Shown one piece after another: positions 1 to 14,590 of a stretch of 64,000 bases of DNA. The DNA lies in assembly GCA_951406725.2 (NCBI GenBank), contig OX597832.1, forward strand, positions 55,800,001 through 55,864,000, written 5' to 3'. The notes beneath the pieces are model-generated. The model was not told where the DNA came from and searched no databases. It saw nothing but the letters and a program-made list of their open reading frames with translations. The position numbers were made by a program, and so were the translations under genes. The stretch's first letter is position 1. The number at the start of each line of letters is the position of its first letter. The stretch comes from Octopus vulgaris. Taxonomy: Eukaryota.

Positions 1-235
1 CAAAGTGTGGAAAGATTATGATTACGGTGCGATTATGTCCAGTGATTATTAAGTAAAGTAAAGCAAGCAATATATAATAAAGCCAGGATTTTGTTCAATA
101 TAATTGAGTCGAGCAAGTGTTGCATGGCGATATATCAAAACTCCATTAATATAGTCGACGTACGGCAATAACTCACCCACAAACTACAGAAATATTAGCG
201 ATTCGAATTAACGTACATAGCCAGCGCACACATAA

Positions 236-1065
<830 letters not shown>

Positions 1066-2414
1066 TGTGTATAATGTGCGATGGCGCGTGGCCCAGTGTT
1101 TAGGATATTGTGGTTATATGATCGCTAAATCATGTATGTATGCATGTATGTAAACAAACACACGCATAGATACATATATATATATATATATACATACGTA
1201 CATTCAGTTTCGACACAATATATACATACATATATAATCACCGACGTAAACATAACTATATACCCACTTTCACACACGCATATATATATATATGTGTCTG
1301 TGTGTGTATGTGTGCGTGCGTGCGTGTGCGCGTGTGTGTGTGTTTTATATATATATATGTATGTCTTTATATCTACACTTGTCCGTGTGTGTTTGTGTGT
1401 GTGTGTTTTTATACACTGGTGTTCGCATGTTTGTGTACATATACACACATACACACATACACATGTATGAGGGTATGTGTACGATATGCTTGAGCATACA
1501 TCTGGGTATATATACCCACATATAGACAGGAACCTTTGATGAAGCGCCTTCAAAAATCCCTTCTAAAGTCTGCCTTAGTTTTTCCTTATTCGTTCTATGT
1601 AGTCTGTCAGTGTATTTATCCCACAACAGTTCGGTAGATTAGGAATTTTACTGTAATGTATCCTGTCCAGAAATGCTACGAAACAGGAGCAAACGAATTT
1701 AAGCTCAGGACACTTTAGTTCAAAGTCCAGCACCTCATCCAGTTGGCTATTTAATTGGATATATCAAACGAAGGATTATAGTTTTAATCCTTTTCCTATA
1801 CGACATAACGTCAATCCACGTTGATAACGTTCCCAGAGGATCTGAATTACATTCCTAATAACAAGCTGAACTCTTTGTATAGACAATCAGCCATGTTGTC
1901 CGTTGAGAAGAACTAATCACTTACAATTGGATTGCAACTTATTACAAATGAGCGGGATACTATTAACTCTTTAAACTCATGTCATTTAGAATGTTGAACA
2001 TGTTATAATTGCAACAAGTGGTTAACGTTCATAATCGTTTGTTTGGTGATAGCTGAAGCAATGTCTCTAACTCAAATGATACTTGAACGAAATATCTCTC
2101 AGCCATTTTGGTTCATTATCTTCTGTTATTGGCGATACTTGTTTTTAATGAACAACAAATGTGAAACGATCAACACAATATAATAAATTGCTATCGTTAA
2201 TTTAACAATAATTTCATAATGACAATATGTATTTTTTTTATTGTTCATTTTCCTGTATTGTTAAGAAAGAGGTGGTGTGGTTAGTTGGTTGGCTGGTTGG
2301 TTGGTTGTTTCGGGACAGGAATTGAGTATGGTGTCATTAATCGAGCGACACATTAAATGTCTATTGTCATCGCCAGGAGTTTACCATTTTCTTCGAAGTG
2401 AAAATTCTTTTTTA

Positions 2415-2620
2415 CTCTAGGCACAAAGCCCGAAATTTTTTTTAGGAGGGAGCCAGTCGATTAGATCGACCCCAGTACACAACTGGCACTTATTTTATCG
2501 AGCACAAAAGGATGAAAAGCAAAGTCGTCGTTGGCGGAATTTGAACTCAGTACATAAGGACAGACGAAATAATGCTAAGCTTTTCGCCCGGCGCGCAAAC
2601 GTGTCTGCCAGCTTGCCGCC
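2415..2620 (-). mobile_element. tRNA-derived SINE, family A
   Basis: Reverse complement of the recurrent unit ggcggcgagctggcaga...gagttcaaattccgcc...gcctttcatcc...aagtaccag found many times in the window. Confidence 0.8.
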
Positions 2621-2675
2621 TAACTAGGAAGTGAAAACTGGAAGACAGAAACTGCGAGAAAGCCAGTCGTATACA

Positions 2676-2707
<32 letters not shown>

Positions 2708-2828
2708 CACGCATACACATATATAGAGGCACAGCAAACATATAAAACAAAAGTAACAAAAGTTCTAAGGACGTACACAGTGAATGTATTGGGTTGACAC
2801 TCAATTTAAGATGGTAAAAGAATTTTGT

Positions 2829-2855
2829 GACGTTTCGGAGATAGCTCTTCGTCAG
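2829..2855 (-). ncRNA. Minimal type-I hammerhead motif (PLE-type), slightly degenerate
   Basis: Minus strand CUGACGA-AGAG-CUAU-CUCC-GAAACGUC; palindromic ACGU stem III; GUC triplet. Confidence 0.6.
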
Positions 2856-3564
2856 AAAAATGAAAGAAGAAGGATCTGGGATGAAGGGAAAGAATAACCC
2901 GAGAAAAGCACGTGTGGTTATATGGTTAAATATATACTTAGATACGTATACATAGTTAAATATCGCAATACAAAATAGTGACAAAGGTCGGGGTATATTT
3001 TTTTAAATAGTTTGATACCAAATTAGGAGTAAGGACTAAATGAAAGATGATAGGGTTGTAAGAATCCTAAATAAATACGAAAGATCGGAGCTTGGGGATT
3101 AGTAACAAAAATTTGTAAAAGGACAGTAAGTTTCTGGCGGAAGTCTTTAATGCAAAGGGAAGTTAGTAAGGTGAGTAATGAGATAACCGTGGAGAAGGGA
3201 TTTAGATATTAAAGAAAAATTCTGGGTTATTAATTAACTAAATAAACAAACAGATAGCGATTGTGTGAGCAATGTTAGTGTAGGAGATAGTACGAGTTAT
3301 TGAAAGGAAAATGTCGATGGAAGTGGATAATGTAATACGGTTAAATGAAGCAGTTGCACAAAATATATATTAAGTAGTTACGAGTTCCAAACTGTGTCAA
3401 TAAAATAGGATGGAAAAACAAATTACGTTAAATGGGATAAATATATATATATATAACTTTTTCTTCACCCATTCCCTTCCGGTCATTCAATATGTGACCG
3501 CGTGTGTATCGTTGGCGATTTTTTTCCCTCCGTCTTCCCTTCCTTGGATCTTTTCTTTTCCTGT

Positions 3565-3599
3565 GTTTCTGACGAAGAGCTCCACTCGAAACGTTAAAT
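3565..3599 (+). ncRNA. Minimal type-I hammerhead motif (PLE-type)
   Basis: GUUU-CUGACGA-A-GAG-CUCCA-CUC-GAAACGUU-AAAU: intact core, stem I GUUU/AAAU, stem II GAG/CUC, palindromic stem III. Confidence 0.7.
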
Positions 3600-3696
3600 C
3601 CTCCTACATTCTTTCCTTTCCTGAGCGTCCAATAACACTATACTTGTTCCACCTCCTCGCGTTGTTGTGTTATCTCTTTTTATGTTTGGATTAACT

Positions 3697-3760
<64 letters not shown>

Positions 3761-3807
3761 ATATATATATATATATATACATACACATACATACATACAT
3801 ACATACA

Positions 3808-3879
<72 letters not shown>

Positions 3880-3935
3880 TGTTCGTTTGTTTTCCACCTG
3901 CCTTCGTCTTTTGTCTATTTTCATAAAGCTTCCCG

Positions 3936-4002
<67 letters not shown>

Positions 4003-4031
4003 TATACATACATACATATATATATGTATAT

Positions 4032-5151
4032 ATAATGAGAAAGTAATGTAATAAAACATTACGGGAGGATATATTATGCATAATTAAGACTATTTATGAA
4101 TACCCCAATGGCCAAACATGTTATCATAAAATATGAAGAACGTTTATAATTATGAACAAGTCACAGTTATAACTATGAGTGTTTCAAAACCTTTACATGC
4201 TAAAAATAGCTGCCAAAACCGCTACAAACCCATTTTATCACTCATATTATTTCTCTTCACAATAAAAGCTCTTCGGGCGACATGACATACAGAATCCACA
4301 ATTTAAAAATAACTGGTTAATTCCCTATTGTCATTTCGGCGTTAGGGACCTCTTAAGGGACTCATTCGTCTCGTCAGGGGAAATATTCCTATAGATAGAA
4401 ATCAAATCAAGGCTTTATTTTGGGGCTAGCATGAATGCCGGTGGAGGCGCAATGGCCCAGTGGTTAGGGCAGCGGACTCGCGGTCATAGGATCGCGGTTT
4501 CGATTCCCAGACCGGGCGTTGTGAGTGTTTATTGAGCGAAAAGACCTAAAGCTCCACGAGGATCCGGCAGGGGATGGTGGTGATCCCTGCTGTACTCTTT
4601 CACCACAACTTTCTCTCACTCTTACTTCCTGTTTCTGTTGTACCAGTATTTCAAAGGGCCGGCCTTGTCACTCTCTGTGTCACGCTGAATATCCCCGAGA
4701 ACTACGTTAAGGGTACACGTGTCTGTGGAGTGCTCAGCCACTTACACGTTAATTTCACGAGCAGGCTGTTCCGTTGATTCGGATCAACCGGAACCCTCGT
4801 CGTCGTAACCGACGGAATGCTTCCAGCATGAATCCCGACCGGCAAGAGAGATGCTTCAACCTCTAACTACACATTCAAGTTTTGAATTCAAATGCTATGC
4901 ACAGCGTTTATGGGATAAATTCGAACCCCAGAATAATCATCGGATATAACTTGAGAAAAATTACATAATTAGAAAGTAATGTAAAAAAAAACATTACGGA
5001 GGGTTCATTATAAATAATTAAGATTATTTATGACTATTTCAATGACCAAACATATCATCATAAAATACATAGAAGAACGTTTGTAATTATGAACAAATCA
5101 GAGTTATAGCTAAGAGGCTTTCAAAACCCTTCATGTTAGAAATAGCAGCCA
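4032..5151 (+). repeat. Old local direct duplication (~185 bp at 4032-4215 and 4965-5151)
   Basis: Colinear diverged copies: gaaagtaatgtaa...acattacgg...gaagaacgttt...aattatgaacaa...ttcaaaacc. Confidence 0.8.
4441..4824 (+). mobile_element. Full-length tRNA-derived SINE, family C, with TSD
   Basis: A box TGGCCCAGTGG, B box GGTTTCGATTCCC; TSD agcatgaat(g/c)ccg at 4428-4440 and 4825-4837; body shared with the copies at 21170 and 30790. Confidence 0.9.
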
Positions 5152-5321
5152 GTTATTTTAAGCTGTGGATTCTATATATCATGTCACCCACAGACAGTTT
5201 TTATTGCGAAGAGAAATAGTATGAGTGATAAAATAGTTTTAAAGCAGTTTGGTAGACAGAAACCGAAAGAAGCCCGTTGTGTATATATATATACATACAC
5301 ACTCTCTCACACACACACACA

Positions 5322-5372
<51 letters not shown>

Positions 5373-6046
5373 GCGTATATGTGTGTGTTTTTTGTGTCTG
5401 TGTTTGACCCACCCACTCCATTACCGTTTGATAACCGGTGTTGGTGTGTTTACGTCCCCCTAACGTAGCGGTTCTGCAAAATAGACCGATAGAATAAATA
5501 CTAGGCTTAAGACAGAAGTCTTGGGGGTGGGGGATCAAGGTGGTGATCCAGCATGGCCGCAGTCAATGACTGAAACAACTAAAAGAATTAAAGGTGTCAT
5601 ATATATTAGCAAAGAGGCTATATACCTCCGGCTAGGTGCAATAGTAGGCCTGAAACCAATGGTAACATCCTGACCAGCCGTAATCAACAACTACACAACA
5701 TGTATATATATATATATATATCCCCACTCAGCTCAAAGCGATGTCTGCATACCAATAGTTTCTGGGCTATTTCCTTTCATCGGCACAGAATAATCGCTTG
5801 ACTAGAGATGGTAGCACCAGGTCATATGGCTTTGAGCTGAGTGGGGACACTGTCTCCCTTTTTTGAAGTATAATGATGCAGTTAGTGCGTCGATAACCAG
5901 CTAGAGAAGAAGTTTTTCCTAGAGCTCAATAGCAGTAACATTCGTCCTCACCAGGACTGCCACGTTACGTTAGCAAATATATACTCTAATCTACTGTTGC
6001 TGTATATGTTTCTCGTTCAGAGATTTAGAACTAATAGTCTTACTAT

Positions 6047-6180
6047 ATATTATATTATATTATATTATATTATATTATATTATATTATATTATATTATAT
6101 TATATTATATTATATTATATTATATTATATTATATTATATTATATTATATTATATTATATTATATTATATTATATTGTAT
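6047..6180. repeat. (ATATT)n microsatellite
   Basis: Perfect pentamer array. Confidence 0.97.
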
Positions 6181-6198
6181 TGTATTATATACTATGTT

Positions 6199-6480
6199 GA
6201 GGCGCAATGGCCCAGTGGTTAGGGCAACGGACTCGCGGTCGGAGGATCGCGGTTTCGATTCCCAGACCGGGCTTTGTGTGTTTTTATTGAGAAAAAACAC
6301 CTAAAAGCTCCACGAGGCTCTGGCAGGGGGTGGTGGTGACCCCTGTTGTACTCTTTCGGCCCAACTTTCTCTCACTCTCTCTTCGTGTTTCTTGAGTAAC
6401 GCTGCTGAGTGGGGAGGGAACGCATACGCCACAGAAACCGGGAAACCGGGTCCATGAGCCTGGCTAGGTTTGAAAAGGGC
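6199..6480 (+). mobile_element. tRNA-derived SINE with family C head and a different 3' part
   Basis: Head nearly identical to 4443-4560, diverging after ...caactttctctcactct. Confidence 0.8.
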
Positions 6481-6506
6481 GACGAAAATTGGAAAAATAT
6501 TATATA

Positions 6507-6872
6507 GGCGCAGGAGTGGCTGTGTGGTAAGTAGCTTGCTTACCAGCCTCATGGTTCCGGGTTCAGTCCCACTGCGTGGCACCTTGGGCAAGTGTCTTCT
6601 ACTATAGCCTCGGCCGACCAAAGCTTTGTGAGTGGATTTGGTGGACGGAAACTGAAAGAAGCCTGTCGTATATATGTGTGTGTGTGTGTGTGTGTGTTTG
6701 TGTGTCAGTGTTTGTCCCCGCAACATCGTCCCTGTAACTTAGCAGTTCGACAAAAGAGACTGATAGAATAAGTACTAGGCTTACAAAGAGTAAATCCTGG
6801 GGTCGATTTGCTCGACTAAAGGCGGCGGTTCAGCATGGCCGCAGTCAAATGACTGAAACAAGTAAAAGAGAG
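6507..6872 (+). mobile_element. SINE family B (tRNA-like head, CORE-like ccttgggcaagt, internal microsatellite, 3' arm)
   Basis: ggcgcaggagtggctgtgtggtaag...(TG)n...cagcatggccgcagtcaaatgactgaaacaagtaaaagag; many copies in the window. Confidence 0.88.
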
Positions 6873-7552
6873 TATACTATAGGGTCGTAACCCGAATTGG
6901 AACCGCAAAGGGCCGATTGAAATTGCTACGAAACGAACAGTAACTGTGCCACCCACGAAACTAGCGATTATTGAAGCGGAAGACTACTTCATTTACACAA
7001 CCATTCTCACATGTACAAACAATGACAAACAAATCCACAGCATAAGCATACACACGGACACACATGCCCAAACACTTAACAGACAGTTAAGTATTCACGA
7101 AACCCAACGACAACAACTGTTATGTTACTACGACACAGTTTTACGATGACGTTGTTTTAGATCTCGTGAGCTTCTTATCTTTTGTCGTCTCTTAAAAATT
7201 GACTGATTTTCACTGACGGAAGTTTATTCTGTTAAAAGAACAATTAGCGATGCGATGTATCTGGTTAATTATTGTGGTTTAATTGATGTTTATATAATCG
7301 CGGTCACTAACACCGATGGATTGCAATGAATTAACTGCGGAGTTAAGCTTTTACACGCACACACCATACACGTACTCATATACATACACATACGTATGCA
7401 CCTGTACGCGTATACTCACGCAAGCGCACTCACATGCAGACTTACTACGTCAATCTGTCTGTTCGTCACTTTCAATGTCACACTTTTATGTCAATGACAA
7501 TATAAACGTATAACACAATTCAAAGCGATACACCACGTGTTTAGACATACAA

Positions 7553-7587
<35 letters not shown>

Positions 7588-7588
<1 letters not shown>

Positions 7589-7952
7589 TCTTTTATTTGT
7601 TTCAGTCATTTGACTGAGGCCATGCTGGAGCACCGCCTTTAGTCAAACAAATTGCCCCCGGGACTTATTCTTTGTAAGCCTAATACTTATTGTTTCGGGA
7701 TCTTTTGCCGAACCGCTAATTTCAGGGACATAAACACACTAGCATCGGTTGTCAAATGATGGTGGGGGGGGGGACAAACACAGACACATAAACACACACA
7801 CAATAGGCTTCTTTCAGTTTCCGTCTACCAAAAGCTTTGGTCGGCCCGAGGCTATAGTAGAAGACACTTGCCCAAGGTGTTATGCAGTGGGACTGAAACC
7901 GGAACCACATAGCTAGTAAGCAAGCTTCTTACCACACAGCCACACCTGCGCC
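7588..7952 (-). mobile_element. SINE family B
   Basis: Reverse complement of the 6507-6872 unit. Confidence 0.88.
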
Positions 7953-7995
7953 TACATATATGTATATATGTATGTATGTATATATATGTATGTAA

Positions 7996-8026
<31 letters not shown>

Positions 8027-8044
8027 TGTATGTATGTATGTATG

Positions 8045-8093
<49 letters not shown>

Positions 8094-9288
8094 CATATAA
8101 TTTAAGGTATTCTGAAGAGATGGATAGAGCATTTGACGTATGTTTTCTATAAACCATTTATTTGCAATAGATGTGAAAGTTCTAGAAGGTCTACGACATT
8201 AGTCTGTTGTTGAAGAAGCGGTTAAGTATTCTGGCACAAAATTCAACAGATCAACCCAGGTTCATCATCAGGAATCGAAACGTGGTGGTGACATAGTAAC
8301 TGATAGGGTGAATACCATTTAATGTCAATGTGTAGAAAAGTACAACAATTGGGGACATTCATCCATCCATCCGTTTATTTCCTTTGCCCACTGCTTCGGG
8401 GATGGGAGCCGTGGGATATCGTGAGGGGAGGGGTAGATCTGCAAACGTTTCTTCTATAGGGTCCTATCAGAAGTAGTTATCCTTATCCATTCCGGCTAGA
8501 GTTCCAAGTGCGACGAACAAATTTCACTGTTCAAGTGAAACGGTGGGAAGTTAGTCAAATAGTAGAATGTTATTTTATCTTTCATCCTTTCGGAGTCGAT
8601 AGATTAAGTACCAGTTGCGCACTGGGGCCGATCTAATCGACTGGCCCCCTCCCCAACATTTCCGGCCTTGTGCCTAGAATAGAAAGGAAAACCGGTAGAG
8701 CAACGAGAACATTTATTTGCGGTGTTTAGTTACGTCACTTACGTTCTGAGTTCAAATCCCAATATAGTCAACTTGGCATTCACGGGAGCGATATAATGCT
8801 GCTTGAAATAACAGCTTAAACCTCCCCTCAAATTCCCTAAAAAGATGAGCGCATGGAACAATTTAGTCTCGAAAACACCGTATCTGTAAAAAATAAAAAT
8901 AAAAACTAAAACAAAAAAGACGGCGTCGTCATGACCGGAACAGCTTTGATCACGAGTCTCCGGGATCCGGAAGCGCTAGGTTTGAGCAACAGTAAAATTA
9001 ACAACAGATTTTACTATTTTGGAATCCCAATAAAAAAAGAAAATCCCCGTTTCGAACCCTCCACAGCTATTTCACAGTTGTCATTGACGATTAGCAGTGT
9101 TGACATAAGAGATTTTTCTGATAAACGTTATCTGCAATGCAGATTTGTCGACATTTGCCTTGCTTTTTATCGGTCATTTGCTATTATAGTCATCTAATTG
9201 TTCTTTTAATATGTTCAAGATGTTTTCCAAGATAGGTTGTTTTCATCGGTGAGAGGAAGAATTAGAGAGAAAGACAGTGTGTGTATAT

Positions 9289-9330
<42 letters not shown>

Positions 9331-9655
9331 TTAGGAAGGGAGGGAGGAAAAGGGAGAGAGATGAATTATACTTTCACGATCGAATACACAGATATACACC
9401 ATTCACACACGCGCATGTATATTTATTTGTCTAATGTACAATAAATATGCGTGTTTGTATGAGAGAGACAGAGCATGTAAACGCATTCTCTTGTGTATAT
9501 GATGGCACACATACATTTCTTGCATACATAGAAACTCATATACATACATCCATGCATACATGCATAGATGTGTGTATGTATGTATGTATGTATGTATGTA
9601 TGTATGAATGTATATTTATAGTAAGCACACGCACATATATAGAGAGATTTAGATG

Positions 9656-9703
<48 letters not shown>

Positions 9704-9991
9704 TATATGTATGTGTATGTGTATATATGTATACATTCACATATGTTACGCAAAATAACTCCACGCATATATACATACACACACATATATATATCTATAT
9801 ATATATATATATATATTTACAAATAATTGTCACAAAATATTTAATAGTAAAAGTTATAAAAATGGTGTGTATATACATACATATATGTGTGTGTGTATGT
9901 ATATATTTGTGTATATATGTGTGTGTATATATATGTATGTATATGTGTGTGTATATATATATATGTATGTATATGTGCATATATACATATT

Positions 9992-10089
<98 letters not shown>

Positions 10090-10873
10090 GTTTGTTTTAT
10101 ATATATTTATACATGTATGCACACGTGCATATGAGCATATGAATATTATTCTGAACTCCGCTCACTGACATTCATATTATCTTTTTCTCTATATCCTCTC
10201 TTCCGCCATCATATTAGTGGCGGCCAGCCCCCATATGCAATTTCTTGCATCATTCATTTGAATGGGGGGAGCTATATAAAGAAGATAGAAAGGAAATGAG
10301 TTCACAGTTAAGGCACAATTCATGTATTGTAATGTGTATTTGCGTTGGATGCAGATGACTATACACACACACACACACACACAAACAGACACTCACACAC
10401 AAATACAAACACGCAAACACACACATACATCTATATATAAGTGTGTGTGTGTGCGTGTGTGTGTGTGTGTCTTTTTGAGGCGTGTGTTCATATGTGAGTT
10501 TGTGAGTGGGTTTGAATCCGGTGTGTGGGTGTATATATATGTGAGTGATTATGTGTCTGTATTTACCTATGTGTAGATTTACATATAAAACATAAAGAAA
10601 AGATATCTACACGCTATATAATACATATATACATATATATATATGTGTGTGTAAAACATATATATGTATATATAAGTATATATGTGTGTGTGTATATATA
10701 TATGTGTGTGTATATATATATATATGTATATATATATGTGCGTATGTATATATATATAAAACATATATAACATACACACACATACACACTTTTATATATA
10801 TATATACATAGACATAAATAAATATATTAGCATGTTAAAATTTGTTTATTCATATGTATGTGTACTTGCATGC

Positions 10874-10941
<68 letters not shown>

Positions 10942-11014
10942 TATCCTGGAGCTTGCGTCTGTTACTGTGAAGGCACGAGTTTGTGTTACTATGAATATTT
11001 ATGTGTATGTATAT

Positions 11015-11050
<36 letters not shown>

Positions 11051-11057
11051 TTGTTTG

Positions 11058-11108
<51 letters not shown>

Positions 11109-11710
11109 GCTTGTATATATATGTGTGTTTGTGTGTGTATATATATATATATATTATACATTATACATATATATATTCAGTGTGTATGTACGTGGGTGCG
11201 TGCACCTTCATCTACGCACAATACACACACGACAACACGCGCTCGCATATACGCGCTCGCATATACGCGCTCGCATATACACCCCTACCTTATCTCAACC
11301 TACGCATCCGCACATTAAATCCATTGAAATGATGAGACAATAAATTTATAGCGTAAACATGGCTGTATGACAAGAAGGAAACGTCCCGTAATTAAATAGG
11401 AAAAGCTGATAAGAGAGAAGTTTAAAATGATATTGAGAAGTAGATCAATTTTGCCTGCCTGGTGACATCCATCTGATTCCGATATATTGGCAATGCAACG
11501 AGTTTCTCATAATTGTAGCTACTCTCATTTATATATACTATTATATATGTCATATTCGCTAGTGTCAAGTGATATAGAACACGCGTGTGAGCGCGCTCAC
11601 ACACACACACACACACATACACACACACACACACACTTATTTGCCATTTAGATACAGGCATACGCACACATGTACGCACATACCCACACATGCTCGCACA
11701 CACACAGATA

Positions 11711-12104
11711 TCTTTATATATAAAAGAGAGGTTGTGTGTTTGTCTGCTACGATTTAGATTCCTAACTACTCCCACATTTTGCGGTGCAGTTTAACCAAAA
11801 CCGGGTATCTTATAGTCGTGATTCATATCGAGCCCTTCTGGGTATTAGCGCGCGTCTACGATGAGTCTACGATTTTTAAAAAAAATTACCATAAATTTTT
11901 CCCATTTTAAATGCATGTTGGGCATATATTAGGGAAGTAACTCTCTAAAAATGTATTATTAAATCTCAGAACGTAAAAAGCTACAGTAACCCCCCCCCCT
12001 TTGTGGTTAGCCATATTGAGATGGCTATTATACTTTACATCTCTAAAAATGCTTATATAGTTATTTCCCTTACAAACCCGAGCAATGCCGGGCGATACTG
12101 CTAG
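11711..12104 (+). mobile_element. Non-autonomous Helitron
   Basis: Starts A|TC, ends CTAG|T, GC-rich subterminal hairpin cccgagcaatgccggg just upstream of CTAG; no TSD. Confidence 0.88.
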
Positions 12105-12132
12105 TATATATATATATATATATATATATATA

Positions 12133-12298
12133 CCGGAGTAAACATAAATGTGAAACAAGGTGGAAAAAAGAGTACTCAAATACCAAGGGTAGAGTAATAT
12201 GCTTTATTTAAAAGCAGCAGAAATTCAACAAAACCTGTTACTCGGAGTTTCACGTTTCCGTTAGAAATTGTTGAATTTCTGCTGCTTTTGAATAAAGT
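12133..12298 (-). mobile_element. PLE-like terminal fragment in (TA)n with inverted 5' segment
   Basis: 29-bp inverted repeat 12203-12231/12268-12296; minus strand retains the hammerhead 3' half GAAACUCCGAGUA. Confidence 0.6.
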
Positions 12299-12300
12299 AT

Positions 12301-12334
<34 letters not shown>

Positions 12335-12364
12335 TATATATATATATATATACACGCGCACACA

Positions 12365-12725
12365 TCTCTCTATATATAAACGGCAGTTTGTCTGTGTGCG
12401 TGTCTGTGTGTCTGTCAGGTTGTACCCTCACCCTGACCACGGCTTTCAACCGATTCTGATGAAACTTGACACACACATAGCCCAATGTCATAATTCAAAA
12501 CTAACGCAGCGAAAATTTTGAAAAGTTCCCCCAGTTCTGAAAAAGATCGATAAATTCGACATGGGGTCGACAATCAGAAACACAAACCACAGATGGTCTA
12601 GGGGGCGCAACTCGACCTTTTTAACTCTCAAAAAAATTTACCATCATTTTTTTGCTATAACTCTCTAAAAATGCTTTATAGTTATTTCCCTTACAAACCC
12701 GAGCAACGCCGGGCGATACTGCTAG
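12365..12725 (+). mobile_element. Non-autonomous Helitron, second subfamily, copy 1
   Basis: A|TC start, hairpin cccgagcaacgccggg, CTAG|T end. Confidence 0.88.
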
Positions 12726-12781
<56 letters not shown>

Positions 12782-12782
<1 letters not shown>

Positions 12783-13152
12783 CTCTCTATATATAAACGG
12801 CAGTTTGTCTGTGTGTGTTTCTGTGTGTCTGTTTGGTTGTACCCTCACCCTGACCACGGCTTTCAACCGATTCTGATGAAACTTGACACACACATAGCCC
12901 AATGTCATAATTCAAAACTAACGCAGCGAAAATTTTGGAAAGTTCCCCCAGTTCTGAAAAAAATCGATAAATTCGACATGGGGTCGAGAATCAGAAACAC
13001 AAACCACAGACTGTCTAGGGGACGCAACTCGACCTTTTTAACAAAAAAAAAATTTACCATCATTTTTTTTCCATTTTTTGGCTATAACTCTCTAAAAATG
13101 CTTTATAGTTATTTCCCTTACAAACCCGAGCAACGCCGGGCGATACTGCTAG
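12782..13152 (+). mobile_element. Non-autonomous Helitron, second subfamily, copy 2
   Basis: Near-identical to 12365-12725 with the same termini; separated from it by (CA)n. Confidence 0.88.
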
Positions 13153-14000
13153 TATATATATATATATATATATATATATAGGAGACCTCATGAATTCACT
13201 TTTTCATGGTTTGGATTTTAACTGGGCTTTTTAGCATGTAAGGAGTCCTGTATGAATGTGCGTGTTTATTCATGTGTAAGTTAAATGGATTTCATATTCG
13301 GATCACGGTTTGGTCAAATCGTCCTGTGTGTCTACCGTATAATACACCACCACATTAACGAGAGAGGACACCTAATTGTGTAACACGCGCTCATTTCGTT
13401 TTGAATCGATTTCCTGATTATCGGCATCGATTATTATGTATCAGCCACAAGTATATTCTTTTTCTTTTTTGAAATTCCTAAGAAAGAATACCTTTTCTTA
13501 AGAACTGGAGCAGAGTAATGGATGGTATTGATTTTTGTTTGTTAGTCAGAAATTTCAGAACTTGGAACCATTCCTAAATGCCAATGTCTTATCTTATATT
13601 GGACATTTAATGCTGATCGTATCACTTTATCTCTTGATTACCGGGTATGATCGAAAGCGCTGTAGTTTTCTCCGCGTATCGATGGCGAAATTATTGATTT
13701 TTCAGTCGAGTTTTGTGGAGTGTCTGTGAATTCTTATATAGTTTGTTAATTCATCGCTTCTGGAGACACCAACAAAGCATGCAATTCTATTTTTAAGGCA
13801 TTTGCACCTTAGCAAGGAGATATCTCTATATTTCAACATATACATGATGGCTTCTTTCGTACATGATGGCTTCGTGACACTCCATATGGTTTCCAATCAG
13901 CTATAGCTTAATTTTATGTTGTTTTACTTGAACAAATGCTAAACTCTGTGATCACTCCAGAAATATTTTTGTAATTAGCAAGAGGAACTATTTCACGTCA

Positions 14001-14590
14001 AGGCGGCGTGATGGCAGAAACGTTAGCATGCCGGACGAAATGCTTAGCAAAATTTTGTCTGCTGCTACGTTCTGAGTTCAAATTCCGCCAAGGTCGACTT
14101 TGCCTTTCATCTTTTCGGGGTCGATTAAATAAGTACCAGTCGATATAATCGACTTAATCCGTTTGTCTTTCCTTATTTGTCCCCTCTGTGTGTTGCCCCT
14201 TGTGGGCAATAAAGAAATAAGAAACGTTAGCATGCCGGGCGAAATGCTTAGGGGTATTTCGTCTGCCACTACGTTCTGAGTTCAAACTCCGCCGAGGTCG
14301 ACTTTGCCTTTCATCTTTTCGGGGTCGATTAAATAAGTACCAGTTACGCATTGGGGTTGATATAATCGACTTAATCCGTTTGTCTGTCCTTGTTTGCCCT
14401 CTCTGTGTTTAGCCCCTTGTGGGTAGTAAAGAAATAAGTATTTCGTCTTCTGTTCACGTTTTGCGTTCAAATTCCGCCATGGTCAACTTTGCCTTAGGGT
14501 CGATAAATTAAGTACCAGTTGCGTACTGGGATAGATCTATTCGACTAGTCCCCTCCCACAAAATTTCGGGCTTTGTGCCTAGAGTAGAAA
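14001..14590 (+). mobile_element. SINE family A concatemer
   Basis: Three successive partial units joined after the aaagaaata tail. Confidence 0.85.

Larger units (their letters stand above)
2724..3695. mobile_element. PLE terminal-repeat remnants, two divergent copies flanking a repeat-derived spacer
   Basis: Related hammerhead-bearing segments at ~2728-2930 (-) and ~3460-3695 (+), each ending in a microsatellite; 2965-3040 recurs at ~58742-58818. Confidence 0.55.

Noticed and set aside
4441-4520. tRNA genes at SINE heads (also 6199, 21170, 41890)
   Set aside because: A/B boxes run into repeat bodies, two with TSDs, and I could not build a full cloverleaf.
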